Positions 10,005 to 18,558 are shown, counted from the stretch's first letter. The stretch is DNA of 35,961 bases from Candidatus Nomurabacteria bacterium RIFCSPLOWO2_01_FULL_33_17 (GCA_001786995.1 MFUO01000004.1:1-35961); one strand, 5' to 3'. Notes: a model not told the origin generated them from the sequence alone. Program-made: numbers and translations.

Positions 10005-10574
10005 TTATGGGTTAAAAATCACATTTGCTAGGCCATTTTCACTTAAAATGGTTACATATTCTTTTATTAGATTATTTTCATTATAGTCAACAGTTTCATC
10101 AACTAGTTTAGCTTCTTTTCGATATCCTAAAGCTGATAATAAATTCAATGCATTTTTATAAAAAATTTTATTACTATTCGAATCCAAAACAATATTATTT
10201 TCTAAATAATTAGATAATGAAACAAATAATAAAAATGAATTTATATGTGGTGCCCCGATAGGTAATAATTCTTGAATTAATTTTGTGGTTTTATTCAGAA
10301 TAAAATATGCTTCTTTTTTATATAAAAAAAATCCCTGATTATTACTAACAGCTCGAACTAACCTATACCCAGTTTTACCATGAACAACATCAACGGAAAT
10401 ATTACAAAATCGTGTTATATAGGAACGAAGTTTTGATTTTGGTCTTTGTAAGCCAATACCGACAATATTGATAATTCCAAATTCTTTCGAGAAAAAAACA
10501 AATTTCTTGTCCCATTCTTTATGGTTGTAAACATCCAAAACAATTCCATTCATTGTATATATGTCGTAAGCCAT
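10005..10574 (-). CDS. recO: DNA repair protein RecO
   Basis: N-terminal OB-fold pattern GIVL....EWDK....FSKEFG.I.....G.....SKLR. Confidence 0.8.
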   Translation of the reverse strand: MAYDIYTMNGIVLDVYNHKEWDKKFVFFSKEFGIINIVGIGLQRPKSKLRSYITRFCNISVDVVHGKTGYRLVRAVSNNQGFFLYKKEAYFILNKTTKLIQELLPIGAPHINSFLLFVSLSNYLENNIVLDSNSNKIFYKNALNLLSALGYRKEAKLVDETVDYNENNLIKEYVTILSENGLANVIFNP

Positions 10575-10579
10575 AAAAT

Positions 10580-13500
10580 TTAATTTATATCTATATCAAA
10601 AATTAAATTATCTATCTTAAAGACAGACCCATTTATCTCCTCTCCCAATACCATCTCTTTTGCCGATACTTCACTAAGTAATGCTTGCTCCCAAAAATTT
10701 AGAAAATCTTTCCCTTTATCATTTGTTTTTATTTGAACTGTTATTTTATCATGGGCTTTTAATCCACGGGCTTTACGCATATCTTGGACAAATCTTACTA
10801 ATTCACGAAAATTACCTTCGCTTTTTAATTCTTCATTTATTTCTGTGTCAAAATCAACCTTGTCACCAATGACGACACTTTCTACATTTAATTCATCAGC
10901 GACGATCACAATATAATCCATAGATAAATTATCTGTTATAAAAAATGTTCGAAGTATTTGGCGAACAGGAATACCATATTTTTTTCGAAGAGAATGTCCA
11001 ACAGTGCAAATATCTTGAACTTTCTCCATTGTTTCTAAAATAAAATCAGATTCTGGTATACCAAAATAATCGGGCCAATTTACTAAATGCACGCTTATTG
11101 GGTCAGATTCTAATCTTAAATCTTGCCATAATTCTTCGGCAACAAATGGTGTAAATGGCGCCATGATTTTAGCTAAATTTTTTAAAACAAAATACAATGT
11201 ATTATGGGCATCCATATCACCCCCACGAATTCGCAAACGCGAACGACGAGTATACCATGTTGATAATTCATCTATAAAATTTCTAATTTCTCTTGTTGGT
11301 GGAAGTAATGAATAATTATCCAATGATAAAGTTGTATTTTTTATAAGATTCATTAATTTAATTAATATCCATTTATCCAATACATTATTGCTATTTGGTA
11401 TACTAAAAAGATTTTCTTTTGTTTTGTCACGATAAAGATCGTAGAAAGCATAAACATTACGAAGAAGATTAAAAACTTTTTTAATTACTTCATCTACTGT
11501 TTTTTCGTCAAAATTTTTAAAATCCCCTGGTTGGTTAATACTATACATCCAAAAACGCAATGCATCAGCTCCGAATCGGTTACACAAATCCCATGGATCA
11601 ACAGTATTACCACGAGATTTAGACATTTTTTGTCCATCTTTATCCATTACAAGCCCAAGACAAATTACATTTTTATATGCTGGCCCGCGCCCCATAAGAG
11701 CTGATACAGCATGTAAAGTATAAAACCAACCGCGAGTTTGGTCTATACCTTCACAAATATAATCAGCAGGAATTGATACTTGGTCTGTTTTAAAGGGATA
11801 ACCATCTTGGGCAAATGGCATACAACCAGAATCAAACCAACAATCCATGACTTCGGGAACTCTTTGTAATTTATTTCCATTTTTATCATAAACTGGATAA
11901 TCATCAATATATGGCCGGTGTAAATCAAGTTCATAATTTTCATTATGTGGCAATGGAACAAAATCTAATTCTTTCCATTCGGCGTTTTGTGAATAATGAA
12001 AATCTTCAATATTATTAGGAATTTCATTTTTACTCAATCCTAAAGAACCAATAACCATATTCAAAACTGGCCCACCATGGGAAAAAATTAAAATATTTTT
12101 GTTTTGATATTTTTCCTCAAAATCATAAAGCGCATTCATGACTCTATTTTTTACATCTTGATAATTTTCTCCATCTTTATTTTCTTTTATGTAGCGGTCT
12201 TTGTAATTTGAGAAAAGTCCCAAGAAATCACCAAGATCACGACCTTGGTAAATTTCCCCTGGATTCATTTCGCACAATCTTTCATCAAAAATAATCTCAT
12301 TTTTGTCATACCCAATTACATCCGCTACTATTTCAGCTGTCATTTTTGTTCTCAACAATGGCGAACAAATTATAAGATCTATATTTTTATCTTTCAAACC
12401 TTGCGCGGAATTTTGTACTTGATCTTTACCCTTTTCAGTTAACTTTACAATACTATTTGGTTTTGAATCCCAAACATTTTTTATATTATTTTCTGCTTCA
12501 CCATGACGCATTACAAAATATTTATTTCCAGATTTTTTTGTAGCGGCCTGCAAATCTTTATGATTCGTAAAAATATGTTTTTCTCCGTTTTGCCCTATCC
12601 AAACAGGTAATGGCGTACCCCAATATCTTTCGCGTGATATTGCCCAATCTTTTACTTCGCGTAGCCATTCACCAAATCGTCCATTTTGAATATGCTTGGG
12701 TTCCCAATTTATAAAATCATTATTCATGACCAAATCATCACGAAGCTCACTCATCCGGATGTACCATGAATCTCGAGTATAATAAATAAGTGGAGTTTGA
12801 CAGCGCCAACAATATGGATAACTATGTTCGTATTTTTCTTTTTTAAACAGTAGTCCACGATGGGCTAAATCTTTAATTATATCAATTGCGACTTGTTCAT
12901 CTTTTACAAATCTATTGCTCAATTCTAATTCATCAGAATTCATTTCGGAATTAAAAGTTCCATCTAATCCAACTAAATGATATTTTGGAAGACCAAGTTT
13001 TGTACCCAATTCAAAATCATCTTGTCCATACATAACTGCTGTATGCACTATCCCAGTCCCATCATTGGCATTTACGAAACCTGCTTCATAAACTTTGTAT
13101 GCTTTATCTAAATTTCCTGTCTGTCCGGTAGGTAGGTCTTTTTGCTCGTGAGATATTTGATTAACAAAAAATGGATACAGTGGTTCATAAGATAAACCAA
13201 TTAAATCTTTACCAATATATTCTTCAACTATTTCATACTCTCCATCAACTATACTTAACCTGTCTTTACCTAAGATCAAAAAATCTGCATCTTTTTTAAT
13301 TTTTACATACGACAAATCAACATTAACAGCCAATGCAACATTACCGGGTAATGTCCAAGGAGTAGTAGTCCAAGCTAGCAAATATGTATTTTCTTGTCCA
13401 AGAATTTTAAATTTTGCAGTAATAGATAAATCTTTTACATCTTTATAACCTTGCGCTAGTTCATGTGATGACAATGCTGTACCACACCTTGAGCACCACG

Positions 13501-14035
13501 GCACAATTCGATAGTCTTTATAAAGTAAATTTTTCTTATCAACTTCGGCTACGATATTCCAAAGTGATTCTATGTAATTTGATTCATAAGTAATATAAGG
13601 ATTATCTTGATCAATCCAATACCCAACTCTATCAGTAAATTTTTGCCATTCATCAATATAAGTCCAAACGCTTTTTTTACATTCATTATTAAAATTTCCT
13701 ATTCCATATTCTTCAATTTGTTTTTTGTTTACAAAACCAAGTTCTTTTTCAACTTGTAATTCAACTGGTAGTCCATGTGTGTCCCAGCCACCCTTGCGAC
13801 CTACATGGTACCCCTGCATTGTTTTATAACGAGGTATTGCATCTTTAAAAGCTCGAGCTTCTAGATGATGAATTCCAGGACGACCATTGGCAGTAGGTGG
13901 CCCATCATAAAAAACAAATTCACCATTTGGAGAATCTTTTTCCAAACTTTTTTCAAAGATTTTATTATCCTTCCAAAAAGACATGATTTCCAACTCATGC
14001 TCGTTTATTGATTTACTTATTTTCTCTTCTTTCAT
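10580..14035 (-). CDS. ileS: Isoleucine--tRNA ligase type 2 with inserted histidine-phosphatase domain
   Basis: FYDGPPTANG.PGIHH, GWDTHGLP, WTTTPWT, DWAISR.RYWGTP, EGIDQTRGWF, KMSKS; RHG insert; ATG 14035 (the upstream TTG lies in the T-box terminator). Confidence 0.96.
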   Translation of the reverse strand: MKEEKISKSINEHELEIMSFWKDNKIFEKSLEKDSPNGEFVFYDGPPTANGRPGIHHLEARAFKDAIPRYKTMQGYHVGRKGGWDTHGLPVELQVEKELGFVNKKQIEEYGIGNFNNECKKSVWTYIDEWQKFTDRVGYWIDQDNPYITYESNYIESLWNIVAEVDKKNLLYKDYRIVPWCSRCGTALSSHELAQGYKDVKDLSITAKFKILGQENTYLLAWTTTPWTLPGNVALAVNVDLSYVKIKKDADFLILGKDRLSIVDGEYEIVEEYIGKDLIGLSYEPLYPFFVNQISHEQKDLPTGQTGNLDKAYKVYEAGFVNANDGTGIVHTAVMYGQDDFELGTKLGLPKYHLVGLDGTFNSEMNSDELELSNRFVKDEQVAIDIIKDLAHRGLLFKKEKYEHSYPYCWRCQTPLIYYTRDSWYIRMSELRDDLVMNNDFINWEPKHIQNGRFGEWLREVKDWAISRERYWGTPLPVWIGQNGEKHIFTNHKDLQAATKKSGNKYFVMRHGEAENNIKNVWDSKPNSIVKLTEKGKDQVQNSAQGLKDKNIDLIICSPLLRTKMTAEIVADVIGYDKNEIIFDERLCEMNPGEIYQGRDLGDFLGLFSNYKDRYIKENKDGENYQDVKNRVMNALYDFEEKYQNKNILIFSHGGPVLNMVIGSLGLSKNEIPNNIEDFHYSQNAEWKELDFVPLPHNENYELDLHRPYIDDYPVYDKNGNKLQRVPEVMDCWFDSGCMPFAQDGYPFKTDQVSIPADYICEGIDQTRGWFYTLHAVSALMGRGPAYKNVICLGLVMDKDGQKMSKSRGNTVDPWDLCNRFGADALRFWMYSINQPGDFKNFDEKTVDEVIKKVFNLLRNVYAFYDLYRDKTKENLFSIPNSNNVLDKWILIKLMNLIKNTTLSLDNYSLLPPTREIRNFIDELSTWYTRRSRLRIRGGDMDAHNTLYFVLKNLAKIMAPFTPFVAEELWQDLRLESDPISVHLVNWPDYFGIPESDFILETMEKVQDICTVGHSLRKKYGIPVRQILRTFFITDNLSMDYIVIVADELNVESVVIGDKVDFDTEINEELKSEGNFRELVRFVQDMRKARGLKAHDKITVQIKTNDKGKDFLNFWEQALLSEVSAKEMVLGEEINGSVFKIDNLIFDIDIN
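13116..13136. repeat. 21-bp palindromic element in frame within ileS (LPTGQTG)
   Basis: CCTGTCTGTCCGGTAGGTAGG, 19/21 identical to 91-111 and read in the same frame. Confidence 0.8.
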
Positions 14036-14055
14036 ATAATTTATATTATCCAAAT

Positions 14056-14237
14056 AAAAACTCGTCCACATACAACAAAACAAATTGTTATATAAGGACG
14101 AGTTTCACTCGTGGTACCACCTTAATTACTTCTCATTTACTGGATTCTAATCCCCTAAATTAGGGTTTCTTTCCAAAGCCTGCCTGCCTAAATTTTACAA
14201 ATTTTAGTAGGCTCCGGGGCGATACTCCCATCATTGC
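14056..14237 (-). promoter_or_regulatory. T-box riboswitch (Ile, AUC specifier) with intrinsic terminator
   Basis: T-box motif AATTAAGGTGGTACCACG, terminator AAACTCGTCC...GGACGAGTTTTT, short stem I GCAATGATGGGAGT-ATC-GCCCCGGAGC, directly upstream of ileS. Confidence 0.88.
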
Positions 14238-14247
14238 TTATATTTAA

Positions 14248-14276
14248 ATAATACCCTATAGGATATATATTGTAAA
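14248..14276 (-). promoter_or_regulatory. Sigma70-like promoter for the T-box/ileS transcript
   Basis: TTTACA-N17-TATTAT just upstream of stem I. Confidence 0.55.
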
Positions 14277-14278
14277 GC

Positions 14279-14701
14279 TTATTTTTTACCAGTACTACCA
14301 AACATTCCAAGACCACGAGCTGATTCACTTAAAGTATCTGTTTCCTCTAATTCACCAATAACAACTGGCATAATGACAAGTTGAGAAACTTTGTCACCAA
14401 CTTCAAAAGTATAAGGCTCATTTGATAAATTTACCAAAAGCGTATTATATTCACCCCTATATCCAGCATCAAAAACCCCACCCATATGATGAAGCCCAGC
14501 TTTTGAAATACTTCCCTTGTCCATTATAATTCCTCCATACCCTTCGGGAAATTCCAATGCAAATCCATGCCAAAACCGATAATGCTCACATGGCTTTAAT
14601 GTAACCGTTTCCATTGCATACATATCCATCCCCACATCTCCCGGATGAGCATAACTTGGCAACTTTGCATTATCTTTTAATCTTTTTACTTTTATTTTCA
14701 T
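14279..14701 (-). CDS. dut: dUTP diphosphatase
   Basis: G.D.YA, GVFDAGYRGE, GDKVSQLV, RG.GMFGSTG. Confidence 0.95.
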   Translation of the reverse strand: MKIKVKRLKDNAKLPSYAHPGDVGMDMYAMETVTLKPCEHYRFWHGFALEFPEGYGGIIMDKGSISKAGLHHMGGVFDAGYRGEYNTLLVNLSNEPYTFEVGDKVSQLVIMPVVIGELEETDTLSESARGLGMFGSTGKK

Positions 14702-14801
14702 CCACCTAAACTTTTCACTTATATAATATTTATTTTCATGAAAAATACTTTAATTTATTAATTATACCAAAGATTTCTAATTTAAAAAAGTTTTGGCGGA
14801 T
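14699..14801 (-). mobile_element. ~100-bp TIR element, family A copy 1 (ends in the dut ATG)
   Basis: Minus strand ATCCGCCAAAACTTTT...GTGAAAAGTTTAGGTGG-ATG. Confidence 0.75.
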
Positions 14802-15506
14802 TCATTTTATCTTTAATACTTTCTTAATATTATTAAATACTTCTTCATGAATGTCTTCGCGGGTGCGGATGGATTTCTTTTCAGCACAATCTATTTTAAT
14901 AAAGTTTTTAAGTTTTGTTGCCAGCCACATTGCGCTTTTGCGAGAATTTATTAAAAAATCTTTGTCGGATTCATGAACATCTTTTTTATTTTTTAAATAA
15001 GACCTTTTTGTTTTTTTATTTCGTTCATCAATTAATTTTAATATAATGTCTATTGGCAAACTAAGATACAAAACAATATCCGGTCGTGGAATTTTAAAAA
15101 CTTTATATTCCATCTCGTCTAACCATTCTAAATATGCTTCGCGTTTTTTATTACTTTTTATTTTACCACCTTGGTGAATTTGATTAGCACTAACATAACG
15201 GTTAGCAAGCACAATATATCCCCCATCGAGCCATTTACGAATTTCACTTGATGATTCAAATCTGTCCGCAGCGTATAGCACTGATGCAATTTTAGGATGA
15301 ACTTTCAAAAAGTTAAAATACTGTTCACTCAAGCAATGCCCAATAAATCCCCCAAAGAAATTTTTATAATATTCAGGAAAATCAACGGTTTTTATTTTAA
15401 AACCATCTTTTTTAAGTCTTTTGGCAAGTAAATCAATTTGTGTGGTTTTACCAGATCCATCAGTACCATCTATTACAATAAGTTTTCCTTTTTCTTTTTT
15501 ATTCAT
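14802..15506 (-). CDS. tmk: Thymidylate kinase
   Basis: P-loop IVIDGTDGSGKTTQ, LYAADR, NRY..AN. Confidence 0.9.
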   Translation of the reverse strand: MNKKEKGKLIVIDGTDGSGKTTQIDLLAKRLKKDGFKIKTVDFPEYYKNFFGGFIGHCLSEQYFNFLKVHPKIASVLYAADRFESSSEIRKWLDGGYIVLANRYVSANQIHQGGKIKSNKKREAYLEWLDEMEYKVFKIPRPDIVLYLSLPIDIILKLIDERNKKTKRSYLKNKKDVHESDKDFLINSRKSAMWLATKLKNFIKIDCAEKKSIRTREDIHEEVFNNIKKVLKIK

Positions 15507-15599
15507 CCGCCTAAACTTTTCACTTATTATAATATTTTATTTTTGTAAAAAGTAATCTAATCTAATAATAATTTCTAATTTAATAAAGTTTTGGTGGAT
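15504..15599 (-). mobile_element. Family A element copy 2 (ends in the tmk ATG; overlaps the 3' end of the pseudouridine synthase gene)
   Basis: ATCCACCAAAACTTTA...GTGAAAAGTTTAGGCGG-ATG. Confidence 0.75.
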
Positions 15600-16351
15600 A
15601 AACCTAATTCTTTAATTGCATTTAACATATCATCTGGTAATGGGGCAACAAAATTAACCATTTTTTGGGTTTTTGGATGAGTAAATTTGATTTCATACGA
15701 ATGAAGTGCTTGGCGCTTCATATTTAAAAGTTCTGGTAAATAAGATGCATATAATGAATCACCAATTATTGGATGTTGAATGTATTGCATGTGAACACGA
15801 ATTTGATGAGTGCGACCCGTTTGTGGATAAATAGAAACCTTTGAAACACTGTAATTTTGTCCATCGAGGCCTGTTGTTTTACCATCACCAGATACTGTGT
15901 ACATAGTTAATGCTTCTCTTTTTTCTCCCCTGGCATGCACGCCGGCTGCCCATTTACGAATGTCTTGATTTGAACGCCCAATTAATTCATCTACTTTTCC
16001 ACGAGTATGTCGAAATGATCCAAAGACTAAAGCTTGATAATGTTTTTTTACAATATGGTCTTGAAATTGTTTTTTCAAACTATCATAAGCATTTTGTGTT
16101 TTAGCTAAAACCATAATACCACTGGTATCGCGATCAAGACGGTGAACTATACCTGGTCGCATTATCATTTCTCCACTATCCACGGTCAAAGGCTCTCCAA
16201 CAAATTTCATCGCAGGATTATATTCCAATACCATGTTTGATAAAGTATCAAATTCATTCTTTCCATCTGGGTGTACAGTAAGACCGGCTGGTTTGTTAAT
16301 AACCATAATTGCATCATCTTCAAAAATTACCATGTCTTTAAATTTGTTCAT
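15575..16351 (-). CDS. RluA/RluD family pseudouridine synthase (no S4 domain)
   Basis: NKPAGL.VHP, HRLDRDTSG, TGRTHQIRVH, PIIGD.LY, RQALH. Confidence 0.93.
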   Translation of the reverse strand: MNKFKDMVIFEDDAIMVINKPAGLTVHPDGKNEFDTLSNMVLEYNPAMKFVGEPLTVDSGEMIMRPGIVHRLDRDTSGIMVLAKTQNAYDSLKKQFQDHIVKKHYQALVFGSFRHTRGKVDELIGRSNQDIRKWAAGVHARGEKREALTMYTVSGDGKTTGLDGQNYSVSKVSIYPQTGRTHQIRVHMQYIQHPIIGDSLYASYLPELLNMKRQALHSYEIKFTHPKTQKMVNFVAPLPDDMLNAIKELGLSTKTLLN

Positions 16352-16468
16352 CCCGTTAGAGGCAGGTCACGATCTATTTATATAGAAGAAAACCTAACCA
16401 AATTAAACTAATACTAATTTTTAAAAACTTCCCATTAGAAAATATCGTGATCGTGGCCTCTAACGGGA
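16349..16468 (-). mobile_element. 120-bp TIR element, family B (ends in the pseudouridine synthase ATG)
   Basis: 13-bp perfect inverted ends TCCCGTTAGAGGC / GCCTCTAACGGGA plus an inner TCACGAT/ATCGTGA pair. Confidence 0.65.
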
Positions 16469-16557
16469 CAGGTACCCCAAGCATACAATAAAATCGACTT
16501 TTATCATAACTTTGACAAATCCTCCTGTTTTTGGTTAAATACAATAAATTGAAAAAT

Positions 16558-16893
16558 ATGAAAGATGAACTAATAGAAATCAAATTATTTCAAAAATCTA
16601 CAAAAATTGGAGAAATCCTGAGATTAATGAATAAAGCTATAGAATCAAAAAACTACTGGCTAACAAAAGATTATAAAAGGGCAATATTTTTGTCTTGTCT
16701 ATGTATGGATTTACCATTTCTAATTTTATACAAATCAAATGTAGATACTAAATTAGATGTTGCGGCATTTGAAAAAACAGAACTAGCAAAGAGCTATGGT
16801 AGTTTGGTTAAAGTTATATATACACCGAATCTAAAAATAGATGAAACTATCTTAAATAAATACAAGACTGAAGTAGAAATAATTTACAAATAA
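16558..16893 (+). CDS. Hypothetical protein
   Basis: 111-aa ORF from ATG 16558; upstream TTGACA and downstream terminator. Confidence 0.55.
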   Translation: MKDELIEIKLFQKSTKIGEILRLMNKAIESKNYWLTKDYKRAIFLSCLCMDLPFLILYKSNVDTKLDVAAFEKTELAKSYGSLVKVIYTPNLKIDETILNKYKTEVEIIYK

Positions 16894-16918
16894 AAACCCC
16901 AGAAATGGGGTCTTTTTT
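16893..16918 (+). terminator. Intrinsic terminator
   Basis: ACCCCA-GAAA-TGGGGT followed by CTTTTTT. Confidence 0.65.
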
Positions 16919-16927
16919 AATCGCACA

Positions 16928-16960
16928 CCTCACCCTACCCTCTCCCCAAAGCGGAGAGGG
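16928..16960. repeat. C-rich tail + hairpin element
   Basis: CCTCACCCTA-CCCTCTCC-CCAAAGC-GGAGAGGG. Confidence 0.7.
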
Positions 16961-16970
16961 AAAAATCACA

Positions 16971-17126
16971 CTAGAACCAACCTAGAAGAAATGCAAAAGT
17001 AAACAACACTCCGAGTACACCAAGAACAGGATGAATTTTCCAAAGTATAATGTCGGCAATGATTATAAGACCAAAATATACATAACCGATGGATTGAATA
17101 GTTGTTAAAACTTTTGTGAAAAACAT
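16971..17126 (-). CDS. 51-aa small membrane protein (below the ORF-track cutoff)
   Basis: MFFTKVLTTIQSIGYVYFGLIIIADIILWKIHPVLGVLGVLFTFAFLLGWF; starts 1 nt after the upstream stop. Confidence 0.7.
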   Translation of the reverse strand: MFFTKVLTTIQSIGYVYFGLIIIADIILWKIHPVLGVLGVLFTFAFLLGWF

Positions 17127-17127
17127 A

Positions 17128-17955
17128 TTATGCAGTTGGATTATTAATAACGCTGTCAGCTACTATTCCATTTGCTAAACTACGCGCTGGCAATTCGCTG
17201 GGTTGTGGAACAATAGGTGCTACTGATCTATCTTCCATTAATTGATTTTCTTTACCTCCCATTAACAAATGATAAATATAAACTTGTGCTATCAAAACTG
17301 TTGGAATAGCCCACAAAAGACCAATAAAGATTGCAATTAGACCTAAAATTTCAATAAGTAAACCAATTATTACTAAACCAAGCAAACTCCAAACACGGCC
17401 TTTTGTAAGTTCAAAAGATTTTTTTATACTTGCAATAGCCCATGACCCTGTATCTAAAGTATAATATTTTGAAAATGATACACGAATTGCTAAATGAACT
17501 GTAATTATAAGTAAAACTAACCCAATAATTATTGCAATAATAACAGCAATAGCATTACCAGCCATAAGACCAAATGCACCCAAGAATCCAAATAGTAAAC
17601 CCCCAACAAAAATAGCCGGTAAAAGTACCAAAACACTAACGACACATGTCCATAATGTTTTAAGACCAGTTTTAGGCCAAGTGAAAAAATCTTTCATTTT
17701 TACTTCATACCCACGAACTATTTTTAAAGTTGCAGAATACATAGACATCATTAAATATATAGATATTATATAACCAATGATGTATAAGATGCCTTGGAAC
17801 AAACTAATTGTTTCATCTTCTTTAATTTTTGGCATGAAGATGAAGCTCGCTACCAAATAGACTAAAAAGAGTACAAGAAATGACCAAAAATGTTTTTTAG
17901 CATTTTTGAAGCCAAAAGAATATATTTCTTTGGAACTTAAATTTTGTGTATTCAT
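17128..17955 (-). CDS. Integral membrane protein (DUF975/YciC-like)
   Basis: Multi-TM with SIKKSFELTKG..W motif. Confidence 0.7.
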   Translation of the reverse strand: MNTQNLSSKEIYSFGFKNAKKHFWSFLVLFLVYLVASFIFMPKIKEDETISLFQGILYIIGYIISIYLMMSMYSATLKIVRGYEVKMKDFFTWPKTGLKTLWTCVVSVLVLLPAIFVGGLLFGFLGAFGLMAGNAIAVIIAIIIGLVLLIITVHLAIRVSFSKYYTLDTGSWAIASIKKSFELTKGRVWSLLGLVIIGLLIEILGLIAIFIGLLWAIPTVLIAQVYIYHLLMGGKENQLMEDRSVAPIVPQPSELPARSLANGIVADSVINNPTA

Positions 17956-18053
17956 CCGCCTAAACTTTTCACTTATATACTATTTATTTTTGTGAAAAGT
18001 AATTTGATTTAAATTATTAAATAAGAACCCTAACTTAAAAAGTTTTGGTGGAT
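17953..18053 (-). mobile_element. Family A element copy 3 (ends in the membrane-protein ATG)
   Basis: ATCCACCAAAACTTTT...ACTTTTCAC...GTGAAAAGTTTAGGCGG-ATG. Confidence 0.75.
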
Positions 18054-18077
18054 TCATATACCCAAATTATATCATAT

Positions 18078-18503
18078 TTAATCAACAACTTGTATACCCA
18101 TAGAGCGTGCAGAGCCAGCAACAATTTTTACCGCTCCGGCTAAATCTTTTGCATTTAAATCCTTCATTTTTCTTTTTGCAATTTCTTCGGCTTGAGACAT
18201 AGATATTTTACCTGCTTTACTAGTACCTGGTTTGCCAGCTCCCTTTTCAAGACCAGCTGCCTTTAATATCATTCCTGTAACAGGAGGAGTCTTTACCATG
18301 AAATCATAAGATCGATCTTCGTAAACTGTTAGTTTTACGCTAACGGTCTCACCAAGATATTCTTGTGATGCAGCGTTAAATTTTGCACAAAAGTCCGCAA
18401 TATTAACACCGGCTTGACCCAAAACAGGACCAAGTGGTGGAGCTGGAGTTGCCTTCCCGGCTGGTGCCAAGAATTTTGCATTTTTAATTATTTTTTTTGC
18501 CAT
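18078..18503 (-). CDS. rplK: 50S ribosomal protein L11
   Basis: AGKATPAPPLGPVLG, GSARSMG. Confidence 0.97.
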   Translation of the reverse strand: MAKKIIKNAKFLAPAGKATPAPPLGPVLGQAGVNIADFCAKFNAASQEYLGETVSVKLTVYEDRSYDFMVKTPPVTGMILKAAGLEKGAGKPGTSKAGKISMSQAEEIAKRKMKDLNAKDLAGAVKIVAGSARSMGIQVVD

Positions 18504-18558
18504 TTGAATTAGATTTAATTATAAATAACTTGAAGCGTAACAGTGCGTGTACTATACC

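Noticed and set aside
14036..14083. N-terminal extensions in the ORF track (ileS; also glyS, AI-2E, SIMPL, PaaX-like)
   Set aside because: They begin in terminator, promoter or palindrome sequence or overlap the upstream gene; downstream ATGs fit better.
16367..16450. TCACG/CGTGA half-sites in the family B element as binding sites for the PaaX-like protein
   Set aside because: Only a 5-6-bp match with very different spacing; could be chance.
17168..17200. Possible degenerate palindromic insert in the membrane protein's C-terminal tail (ELPARSLANG)
   Set aside because: Pairing is weak and there is no second copy in the window.
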